Source: a virus
DNA length: 45,226 nt
Reading direction: 5' to 3' (one strand)
IMG/VR virus record: IMGVR_UViG_3300045988_098743
Span: 1-45,226 of that record
Part shown: positions 17,644 through 24,996 of the stretch, in pieces
Position numbering within the stretch: the stretch's first letter is position 1
How the letters are laid out: each line of letters starts with the position of its first letter
Translations under genes and position numbers: made by a program
Notes under the pieces: generated by a model
The model's input: the letters and a program-made list of their open reading frames with translations, nothing else
Told to the model about the DNA's origin: nothing
Databases searched by the model: none

Positions 17644-17671
17644 ATTATATCACAATAACGCTAGTTGTCAA
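17644..17671 (-). promoter_or_regulatory. consensus sigma-70 promoter TTGACA-N16-TGnTATAAT
   Basis: -35 TTGACA at 17671..17666, -10 TATAAT at 17649..17644 with an upstream TG. Same architecture as the promoters at 37928 and 36331. Confidence 0.55.
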
Positions 17672-17673
17672 GT

Positions 17674-18387
17674 TTAGTATTTAAACCCATAACTAACTAA
17701 TGCTTTTAAAGTTTTAGGTCCACATAACCCATCTATTGCACCATTATATCTTCCATCAGCTTTAGCATTTTTTTGAAATATCCTCATCGCTCCCATTAAT
17801 CTAGGACCATATAAATTTCCTAATGCACTTTCTGGTGTATATCTTGGAAATGTTTTTCTCATAAATGATGCTATTTTACCTACATTAACATTGTTATCCC
17901 CATACTTGAAGTATCCTCTTGCTGGTAAAAAACCATTTGTGCTAATTGATGCACTAGTACTTTTTTCAGAATATGCAAATGTTTCTGGATTTACATATTG
18001 CCCATTTGATAAGTTTACAATAGATAAATGTAAATGTACTCCAGTAGCCTTTCCAGTCATACCTGTACGTCCTAATAATGTTCCTTTAGTGACTCTTTGC
18101 CCAGTAGTACAATTAACACTTGATAAATGGTAATGTAACATTTTAACATTAATTCTAGGATATTTTACCCATACAAATTTTCCACCTAATCTGTCAGTTC
18201 CACAACTTAATACTGTTCCATCTTCTATGGCGTATTGAGCCAACATAATACCATTAGTTCCATAGTCAGTTCCATTATGAAATGAGTTTGTATAACCACC
18301 TTTAGTTTTCATAATTCTTCTCCAACCATATCTGCTTGTTACATAATGTCTAGCACCTTTAAATATTAAATTAGTTATCTTGCTCAT
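17674..18387 (-). CDS. endolysin: M23 peptidase domain plus C-terminal peptidoglycan-binding domain
   Basis: HNGTDYG...HLHLS M23 motifs; C-terminal GRYNGAIDGLCGPKTLKAL PG_binding_1-like repeat. Confidence 0.85.
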   Translation of the reverse strand: MSKITNLIFKGARHYVTSRYGWRRIMKTKGGYTNSFHNGTDYGTNGIMLAQYAIEDGTVLSCGTDRLGGKFVWVKYPRINVKMLHYHLSSVNCTTGQRVTKGTLLGRTGMTGKATGVHLHLSIVNLSNGQYVNPETFAYSEKSTSASISTNGFLPARGYFKYGDNNVNVGKIASFMRKTFPRYTPESALGNLYGPRLMGAMRIFQKNAKADGRYNGAIDGLCGPKTLKALVSYGFKY

Positions 18388-18505
18388 CGTCTATCACTTC
18401 CTCATGTGTTTCTGGTTTTTCAGGCACTTCTTTTGGCATGTCTGGTACTTCCCCAAACATTTCTTTTAATTCTTCCTCTGTTAACTCTGTTTTTATTTCT
18501 TCCAT
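18371..18505 (-). CDS. small acidic ORF (44 aa) between holin and endolysin
   Basis: ATG after GAGGTGA; sequence MEEIKTELTEEELKEMFGEVPDMPKEVPEKPETHEEVIDDEQDN; overlaps the endolysin start in another frame. Confidence 0.3.
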   Translation of the reverse strand: MEEIKTELTEEELKEMFGEVPDMPKEVPEKPETHEEVIDDEQDN

Positions 18506-18506
18506 A

Positions 18507-18830
18507 TTATTTCACCTCATTTGTTTTTTTTAGCCCATTTACGGCACTTTCGATTAAAATTTCTAACTCTGTATCTGATACTTTTAAACCTTTAGAATTA
18601 CACCACTCTAAGGCTTTTTCTTTAGCTTTAGCAAGTTTATTTTCATTAGTTATTAATACACCTTTATAAATTTGCTCAATGTATTTTACAGTTGCTTCAA
18701 CTATTTCTTTTTTTGTCTTAGTATCAACATATTTTGTATAAGCTTTTTTAATCGATACGCCTATAAATGATGCTACGGCTGTTATTATAGTAGCCAATAT
18801 TTGCATTATATTATCCTGTATTAATTCCAT
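18507..18830 (-). CDS. holin (LL-H / phiLC3-type)
   Basis: N-terminal TM helix (ILATIITAVASFIGV), C-terminal KALEWCNSKGLKVSDTELEILIESAVNGL; directly upstream of the endolysin. Confidence 0.6.
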   Translation of the reverse strand: MELIQDNIMQILATIITAVASFIGVSIKKAYTKYVDTKTKKEIVEATVKYIEQIYKGVLITNENKLAKAKEKALEWCNSKGLKVSDTELEILIESAVNGLKKTNEVK

Positions 18831-18848
18831 ATTATCCTCCTTAGAAAT

Positions 18849-18877
18849 AGTTTATCACACAATTGAGTATTTGTCTA
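18849..18877 (-). promoter_or_regulatory. possible lysis-gene promoter TAGACA-N17-TGnTAAACT
   Basis: Located between the tRNA 3' end and the holin Shine-Dalgarno. Confidence 0.3.
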
Positions 18878-18879
18878 TT

Positions 18880-18955
18880 TGGAGGGGCTAGTTGGATTTG
18901 AACCAACGTTCAAAGTTTTGCAGACTTTTGCCTTAACCAACTTGGCTATAGCCCC
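18880..18955 (-). tRNA. tRNA-Cys (anticodon GCA), encoded CCA
   Basis: Cloverleaf folded by hand: 7-bp acceptor stem GGGGCUA/UAGCCCC, T-loop UUCAAAU with a 5-bp stem, 5-bp anticodon stem AAAGU/ACUUU with loop CUGCAAA. Confidence 0.85.
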
Positions 18956-18957
18956 AT

Positions 18958-18980
18958 AAAAGAGAGTTTAATCTCTCTTT
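18958..18980 (-). terminator. hairpin after gene 18968..19417 (weak terminator)
   Basis: AAAGAGAG-AUUAAA-CUCUCUUU; the U-tract is partly inside the stem. Confidence 0.35.
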
Positions 18981-19417
18981 GGTATGTTCATAAAATAATA
19001 ATATGTTTTATCTTCAACAGCATCTTCGTCGTCTAACCATTTTTTTGTCAAACTCTTATACATTTCATCATCATCACCAATTATATCGCAATAATCATTA
19101 TATAAAGAATTTATAACTAAGTAATAATCAACTTCACTATGCTTTCCTATGTTGCTTCTAAACATATCTTTTACTAATTCAAGTGTATAATGTTCTCCAT
19201 ATGGTCGCATATTTTCTACAATCTCTTCGGCTTTTTCTTTTAAGATTACCCTACCATATGCCAACTCATATAATTCTGTTTTATACTCTTTATACATTTT
19301 TGGGTCTTTTATTTTTAAATCACATATTAATTCTTTTAACATATCATTTAGTTTGTGCATATCTTCTTGTTTGCCTTTATCTATTACCTTTTCAAGCATT
19401 TCTTTTACGCCCATCAT
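18968..19417 (-). CDS. hypothetical protein (149 aa)
   Basis: ORF track. Confidence 0.5.
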   Translation of the reverse strand: MMGVKEMLEKVIDKGKQEDMHKLNDMLKELICDLKIKDPKMYKEYKTELYELAYGRVILKEKAEEIVENMRPYGEHYTLELVKDMFRSNIGKHSEVDYYLVINSLYNDYCDIIGDDDEMYKSLTKKWLDDEDAVEDKTYYYFMNIPKRD

Positions 19418-19650
19418 TTGCCTCCTTTCAGAAGTTTTATTATTATTTCATTTTGCTCGATGATTTTTTTAAAAAACATTTCATTTTGTTCGTGCAATAT
19501 TTCATCTTGCTCTTTTAAATGTTTATTTAAATCATCATTACTAGCCTGTCGTTGGTTTAATTGCAAGTTTTGAATAGATAACAAATAACTTGCTATGGAA
19601 ATGATATTTAAGATATCATAATTCCACGGCATTTTTGTTTCATTATTCAT
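19414..19650 (-). CDS. hypothetical protein (78 aa)
   Basis: ORF track. Confidence 0.45.
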   Translation of the reverse strand: MNNETKMPWNYDILNIISIASYLLSIQNLQLNQRQASNDDLNKHLKEQDEILHEQNEMFFKKIIEQNEIIIKLLKGGK

Positions 19651-20084
19651 TATGCAACTTTCTTAATAACAAGGCTTGCGTTTTTAACGGCAGGTATTTG
19701 AGTAGCAGTTGTGTCAACTGTAGGTATAGAACCAACGGTTATAGTTGTAGAACCATTTCCACAGATACGTATCAATCTATTAGCAGATACATTTCCGTAA
19801 GTATTAGCAGTTGCTACTGTATAATCCATTTCAGTGCCACTTAATAACTCACCATTTGCCTTAATACCAAGCCCAGTTATTCCAGCAGTTGCTGATGTTA
19901 CGTTTGTATTAAACATAATTTCATAAATCCCTGGTTCAGTTATTTGGTATTGTGTGCTACCAGCACTGTGGTTTAACCATCCACAACAATTAGCAGAACG
20001 TGTTCTAACCACATCACTTGCAAAAGGTATATTAGCAGTATTACTTGCTAAAGTTAAAGCAGTTTCTTGTACAGAATTTATCAT
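19650..20084 (-). CDS. hypothetical protein, possibly C1q/TNF-like (BclA C-terminal-like) beta-sandwich
   Basis: 144 aa, T/S/G/N-rich, no collagen repeats. The fold assignment is weak and based on pattern recognition only. Confidence 0.45.
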   Translation of the reverse strand: MINSVQETALTLASNTANIPFASDVVRTRSANCCGWLNHSAGSTQYQITEPGIYEIMFNTNVTSATAGITGLGIKANGELLSGTEMDYTVATANTYGNVSANRLIRICGNGSTTITVGSIPTVDTTATQIPAVKNASLVIKKVA

Positions 20085-20115
20085 ATTTTTATCATTCCTT
20101 TCTATATTAAATTAA

Positions 20116-20140
20116 AAAGATAGGTTTTTAGCCTATCTTT
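20116..20140 (-). terminator. intrinsic terminator after gene 20204..20848
   Basis: AAGATAGG-CUAAAAA-CCUAUCUU hairpin then UUUUUAAUUU on the minus strand. Confidence 0.5.
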
Positions 20141-20164
20141 AATTTGGTCGAATTCGACCAAATT
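20141..20164. promoter_or_regulatory. 24-bp perfect palindrome AATTTGGTCGAATTCGACCAAATT (GC-rich core, EcoRI site); putative operator
   Basis: Exact dyad symmetry, read directly from the sequence. Confidence 0.5.
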
Positions 20165-20203
20165 GCAAGTTCCTGTATTCAGGTTCCTAAAATAGGCTTT
20201 GCA

Positions 20204-20848
20204 TTATATTATGGTAGTATTATTGCAAGCACATCCATTATATGGGTTGTATAAACTTGTATAAGGCGAACTTACTATATAACTTGGAGTAGGGAATGGT
20301 CTTACGTTATTTGTAATTTGAGTCGCTAAATTTGCACCAAATAGTGCTAAATTAGATGTATTAATTTGTTCCCTAAGTTGGTCAATCTTATCTTGTTGGA
20401 TAAGGTCGATTACCTTTTGAGTATTTGCTAATCCCTCGGCTCTCAAATCACAGCAACATTGAGCCATTTGAGCAGATAATGTTTGTGTTTGTAAAGCATT
20501 ATCATAACGGTTTTGTAAAACTTCTTTTTGAGTTGCACAAGCGTTTTGTGAACAGTTAAATCTGTTTTCTAATACTTGAGTTCCTAAATCATATTTAGTT
20601 TCTAGTACATCTCTTTGTGTTTGGCAACCAGTAGTTGAAACGTTCTGGTTAGTATTGAAAATATCTCTTTCTAAGAAACGAGTATCTATATCAGTTTCTA
20701 AACCATTGTTTCTATTAAATCCGTTTCCCCAGAATGCGAATAAAATGATAATTATCCAAAACCAAGCACCATCGCCATAACCAAAACCATCTCTGTTATT
20801 CATTAAGGCTAGTGCATCTGTTCCAGTTAATCCTGACATTGCTTCCAT
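20204..20848 (-). CDS. hypothetical membrane-anchored Cys/Gln/Thr-rich protein (214 aa)
   Basis: TM helix AWFWIIIILFAFWG, then a QTQ/Cys-rich repetitive region. Confidence 0.5.
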   Translation of the reverse strand: MEAMSGLTGTDALALMNNRDGFGYGDGAWFWIIIILFAFWGNGFNRNNGLETDIDTRFLERDIFNTNQNVSTTGCQTQRDVLETKYDLGTQVLENRFNCSQNACATQKEVLQNRYDNALQTQTLSAQMAQCCCDLRAEGLANTQKVIDLIQQDKIDQLREQINTSNLALFGANLATQITNNVRPFPTPSYIVSSPYTSLYNPYNGCACNNTTII

Positions 20849-20904
20849 AATCTTCTCTCCTTTCTACATATTTTATTTATATCAAACCATTTTAAGGTTG
20901 ATAA

Positions 20905-21132
20905 CTACTTCATATTTTGTACTTGATTTAATACTTCATCAGGTACACCCATATTTTTTGCTTGAGTTAATACGTTTTGCATTTGTTGTGATGTAGCATT
21001 TCCCATCATTTGTTTCATAAAATCTCTAGGGTTTGTGCCACTATTCATTGCTTGGCTTATCTGATTTGCCATTTTTGGATTTCTTGCTTGCGCTTGTTGT
21101 AACAACATTTGCATTATCATATTCGGGTTCAT
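20905..21132 (-). CDS. hypothetical Gln/Met-rich protein (75 aa)
   Basis: ORF track. The 5' end overlaps the upstream gene by 92 nt, so the true start may be an internal Met. Confidence 0.4.
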   Translation of the reverse strand: MNPNMIMQMLLQQAQARNPKMANQISQAMNSGTNPRDFMKQMMGNATSQQMQNVLTQAKNMGVPDEVLNQVQNMK

Positions 21133-21505
21133 TGTCTTTCATCTCACTTTCTAAAGCATTTATTCTAGCCATTAAATCGGCTATTTTACGGTCTTTTTCA
21201 TCTAATTCAATGATTTCCTTTAACTCGTATGTTTTCACTTCTCCTGACGCATTTTTATGCCATAAGAGAGTATATTCTTTATTAACAAACAATGTATCGG
21301 CTAAAACAAGTTCTTTTTTCACATCTTCAATACTATTTACGTATTTTATTCCATTGTTTTGGTTTGGTGCTAATTGAAAGTTTTGCGTTATAGGAGTTGC
21401 TTGTGGTTGGTTTTGATTAGCAATCTGCATCTGCCTATCAATTCTATCTCTTAACCCTTGTAAATCTTGCATATACATTTGATTGTTATATGGATTACCG
21501 TACAT
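21041..21505 (-). CDS. hypothetical Gln/Asn-rich protein
   Basis: Start moved to MYGNPYNN at 21505, after a GGGAGGG Shine-Dalgarno. Confidence 0.5.
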   Translation of the reverse strand: MYGNPYNNQMYMQDLQGLRDRIDRQMQIANQNQPQATPITQNFQLAPNQNNGIKYVNSIEDVKKELVLADTLFVNKEYTLLWHKNASGEVKTYELKEIIELDEKDRKIADLMARINALESEMKDNEPEYDNANVVTTSASKKSKNGKSDKPSNE

Positions 21506-21611
21506 ACTATCCCTCCCTTTTAGATTAAAAAAAAGACGCACTTACATTTCTCTTAATAGGGTACTCCTCTAAATGTAAAATACATCTCCTTTCTTACCTA
21601 CATTTTATTAC

Positions 21612-21640
21612 AATAAAAAAAGAATAGTCAGTCCGACTAT
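21612..21640 (-). terminator. intrinsic terminator after gene 21653..22216
   Basis: AUAGUC-GGACU-GACUAU hairpin then UCUUUUUUUAUU. Confidence 0.6.
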
Positions 21641-21652
21641 CCTATATTTTTT

Positions 21653-22216
21653 CTAAATTCCTAAAGCACCTATAAAGTAAAAATAAATTTTATCTAAAAC
21701 TTCTACTATTCTAGGATTAGATATTTCTAATTCATCTGATATATCTTTAAAAGTTTTATTTTCTCTAAATTTTCTTTTATATATAGCATATGCTATTGTG
21801 TCTAATTCTTTTAAGTTGTTTTCTGCCTTTATTAGTTTATCATTTAATCCGTTGAACTTTATATAATCAATTAATTTTTGATATTTACTCTTGCTGTCTG
21901 GTTTCCACATATACATATTTTTAAAATCTGCCTTTCCACTTAAAATATAAGCCGTAAATATTGCTACTAATATTCCTATTATTATATCTACCTTTGCTAC
22001 TAGGAACATACTTGTGAATATAAGCAACGTCCATATTAAACATTTTTGCCAATCTTTATAATGTTTTGGCAGTTTGAAAAAAGCTCTGCTTATTTGAAAT
22101 GTTAGAAATATTATAATTGTATTTTTCACCCCTATTTTTAATAAAAAAGCCATTCCTATTAACAAAAAAGTTTCAACTAAATTAAATATTAAACTAGGCA
22201 AATTCATTTTTTTCAT
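21653..22216 (-). CDS. membrane protein (about 4 TM helices) with C-terminal sigma-70 region-4-like HTH segment
   Basis: Hydrophobic N-terminal half; C-terminus LKELDTIAYAIYKRKFRENKTFKDISDELEISNPRIVEVLDKI. Confidence 0.5.
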   Translation of the reverse strand: MKKMNLPSLIFNLVETFLLIGMAFLLKIGVKNTIIIFLTFQISRAFFKLPKHYKDWQKCLIWTLLIFTSMFLVAKVDIIIGILVAIFTAYILSGKADFKNMYMWKPDSKSKYQKLIDYIKFNGLNDKLIKAENNLKELDTIAYAIYKRKFRENKTFKDISDELEISNPRIVEVLDKIYFYFIGALGI

Positions 22217-22240
22217 TTAATCACCCTTTTTATTGTATCA

Positions 22241-22286
22241 AAAAAAGAAGAATAGTTCAACTATTCTCCATCTTCTGAGCAGAAGA
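22241..22286 (-). terminator. tandem hairpins plus U-tract after gene 22319..22858
   Basis: UCUUCUG..CAGAAGA and GAAUAG-UUGAA-CUAUUC stems followed by UUCUUUUUUU. Confidence 0.55.
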
Positions 22287-22318
22287 AAAACCAAGAATTT
22301 ACCATCTTTATGCCTCCT

Positions 22319-22858
22319 TTATTTTAAAGTTGTTGAATAAAATTGTATTGCTACTGCCATTATTAAATTCATTATCACTATCATTATATTAACAACAAAT
22401 AAACTTATGTTTCTTAATGTTATACTTTTAATCTTAGCATTTTTATTTATATTCCATAAACTTATATATAATTTATAAAACTTATTTAAATATTTCTTGA
22501 ATAATAAAGGTATAAACAATACAATTCTATTTATTATAAAACCTATCCAATAATTTGATATGGTTTTAAAACATATAAATGATATTAATGCCATATAAGC
22601 ATAAGCAATAGATATGATAAATATGTCACTTATATGTGATTTATATAACTTTTTGGTAATTAAATAGCTATATATTATATAAACTATATAAAATATTAAT
22701 TGATACCTACATAACATTATTAATAATATATATCCTATACTTAATAGCCCAATTAATTTTATTTCTTTTCCTTTTATGTTTTTTGTAAATTTAATGTATA
22801 AGCTTAGGAACAATACTTCAGGCAACATTCCTAAAAATAAACTCATAATAAAATTCAT
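22319..22858 (-). CDS. polytopic membrane protein (179 aa)
   Basis: About 5 predicted TM helices; own terminator downstream. Confidence 0.5.
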   Translation of the reverse strand: MNFIMSLFLGMLPEVLFLSLYIKFTKNIKGKEIKLIGLLSIGYILLIMLCRYQLIFYIVYIIYSYLITKKLYKSHISDIFIISIAYAYMALISFICFKTISNYWIGFIINRIVLFIPLLFKKYLNKFYKLYISLWNINKNAKIKSITLRNISLFVVNIMIVIMNLIMAVAIQFYSTTLK

Positions 22859-22893
22859 TTTAAATTACCTCACCAGTTAAATTATATACTATT

Positions 22894-23319
22894 CTAACGC
22901 TTTTGTAAACTACTTTTTAAAATATCATCGTTTTTATAATGAGTATGTATGCTTTCTAGCAATGCGTCCATATGCCCATTAACTTCCCCAGGATATTTAT
23001 TTTTATAAAAATTATATTTTTCTTCTAATTCAAAACAACGTCTAAATTGATTTTCATCTAAACCCATTGTTTGCAACATCACATGATAATTAGATAAATT
23101 ATTTTTAATGTCTAAAATGTTTTTAAAATCGGCATCTTTTTCCATTTTGTTCACTTTGTTGGCTAAATCATCTATCTTGGCAACTAAATCCCCATTTAAA
23201 AGGTTTCCTACTACTTTCCCTAACCATTTTAAAGGGTTTATCTTAATAGGGCTTATTTCTATTCCTAAAAGCCCCAAAAACGTTATTACAAGCCCCCAAT
23301 GTTGTATTATATCTTTCAT
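22894..23319 (-). CDS. holin-like small membrane protein
   Basis: Single N-terminal TM helix then a charged, coiled C-terminal domain; located after the tail fiber genes. Confidence 0.35.
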   Translation of the reverse strand: MKDIIQHWGLVITFLGLLGIEISPIKINPLKWLGKVVGNLLNGDLVAKIDDLANKVNKMEKDADFKNILDIKNNLSNYHVMLQTMGLDENQFRRCFELEEKYNFYKNKYPGEVNGHMDALLESIHTHYKNDDILKSSLQKR

Positions 23320-23328
23320 TTTAGCCTC

Positions 23329-24333
23329 CTATTCAACCACTTCTACTGTTAACCAAGTATTTGCACCAGAACGTATTTCTGTTGATACATCATCTTGCTT
23401 ATAAAGCCAAATAACATCTCCCTCTGCAACGTCAATTAACTTAGAACTTAATGCTGTTGATACATACCAACTTGTTGGGTTATTTAATGCTATTGCTATC
23501 GTTTCTTGATTTTTTTTGATATATATCCATAAATATGATGTGTTACTTCCTTTGGCATTACCAAATACATTTGCATTTATCAAAATTTTTGAAATGCCTT
23601 TTCCAATTTTAATTCCCCCATCAGAAAGTGTTAATAATGATGTACTTGTGTTAATAACATTTAAAGATATTTTACCTATTGTCATAGTTACTGCATTAGA
23701 AAGATTAGCAGTAGCTACTTTTTTACTTGCATAACTTTTAACTGTCTTTGCATTTGGTACTGCATTATCATTAATATCATTTATATTTGATGTAACAGTT
23801 CCTACTACTCCTACACTTTGTTTTGCTTTTATAATAAAATTTAATGCTATATATGGTTGCATATTGTTGTGTGCTTTAGAACCACCTGTATTGGCAGTCA
23901 AATAATTATAAGTAGTTTGCATATAACCATCTTTTAATAAAACACCATTTCCACTGCCAGTGCCTCCCTCTTTATCCCAACGCAGTGTGTGATTGTGACT
24001 AGGCATTTCATCAACTGTTAATGTGTGTGTTTTTTCACCACCAGTAGTTCCAAGTGAAAATTCCCCATCTCCTGCATTTCCTACTGCTACTCTTTCTGAT
24101 AAATCTGGTAAATTAAATGTTTTACTACCATCACCACTTCCATAAGTAGTTCCTATTGCTTTAAACAAATCAGGATAATCAGTTCTTGATATAGCCTCTC
24201 CATTACATTTTAACCAATTTGTAGGGATTTTTTCTCCACCATATGCTGATATACTACCTACTGGTAAAGTATCTCCTGTTGGCGGCAAAAATACTTCTTC
24301 CCATTTGTTTGTATCTGGATTTCTTATGTACAT
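23329..24333 (-). CDS. tail fiber protein with phage tail-collar domain
   Basis: PTGDTLPVGSIS...NWLKCNGEAISRTDYPDLFKAIGTTYG...FNLPDL...EMPSHNH collar-domain signature. Confidence 0.75.
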   Translation of the reverse strand: MYIRNPDTNKWEEVFLPPTGDTLPVGSISAYGGEKIPTNWLKCNGEAISRTDYPDLFKAIGTTYGSGDGSKTFNLPDLSERVAVGNAGDGEFSLGTTGGEKTHTLTVDEMPSHNHTLRWDKEGGTGSGNGVLLKDGYMQTTYNYLTANTGGSKAHNNMQPYIALNFIIKAKQSVGVVGTVTSNINDINDNAVPNAKTVKSYASKKVATANLSNAVTMTIGKISLNVINTSTSLLTLSDGGIKIGKGISKILINANVFGNAKGSNTSYLWIYIKKNQETIAIALNNPTSWYVSTALSSKLIDVAEGDVIWLYKQDDVSTEIRSGANTWLTVEVVE

Positions 24334-24351
24334 TTCTTATTCCTCCTCATT

Positions 24352-24993
24352 TTATATAAATGGTATTAATTTACCATATAAGTCACTATAAATGCTACCA
24401 CCCGTAACTCCTCCAAAGGTAAATTTATATTGAACATTTGCAGTTAATTTATAAACTGATGTTGTAAACATACTATCGGGTATGGTATCGTGTCCTTGCG
24501 TTCCTGCTTTTGCTTTAACAATTAATTCAGCATTTCCTACAGTATTATTAATAACTAATTCTACTTTTGCACCTGCATAGCCCCAACCAGAAGATGAAGC
24601 ATATAACTCTATATAACAATCCTCTGTTGGTGTAAAACCATTTGCTAATTGTGCACTATTTAAATATGTTATATGTTTACTATCAACATATTTTTTCACA
24701 GCATCAACGCTTGGTGCTAAATCTGTTTGATTTCCACTCATTGAGTTAATAACTTCACTTGCTTTTGTATCTACTGTATTATTCGGAAACCATATCTTGA
24801 TATCGGTATCTGTTGGTGCTTCTGCTCCCCCTATTGCTATCATTGTATCGGCATTTCCACCTGTTTGTATGCGGTCTTCTCCAAAGTCCATATAAGTTTT
24901 CCCATTATCGGTATTATATATTAATGCTCCATCTTCTACTTCTAAATCTTTAATTTCATCAGTAGTTTTTCTTTTAAATAAAACTTTAGCCAT
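24352..24993 (-). CDS. putative tail fiber / baseplate accessory protein
   Basis: 213 aa; position between the receptor-binding protein and the collar fiber. Confidence 0.45.
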   Translation of the reverse strand: MAKVLFKRKTTDEIKDLEVEDGALIYNTDNGKTYMDFGEDRIQTGGNADTMIAIGGAEAPTDTDIKIWFPNNTVDTKASEVINSMSGNQTDLAPSVDAVKKYVDSKHITYLNSAQLANGFTPTEDCYIELYASSSGWGYAGAKVELVINNTVGNAELIVKAKAGTQGHDTIPDSMFTTSVYKLTANVQYKFTFGGVTGGSIYSDLYGKLIPFI

Positions 24994-24996
24994 TTT

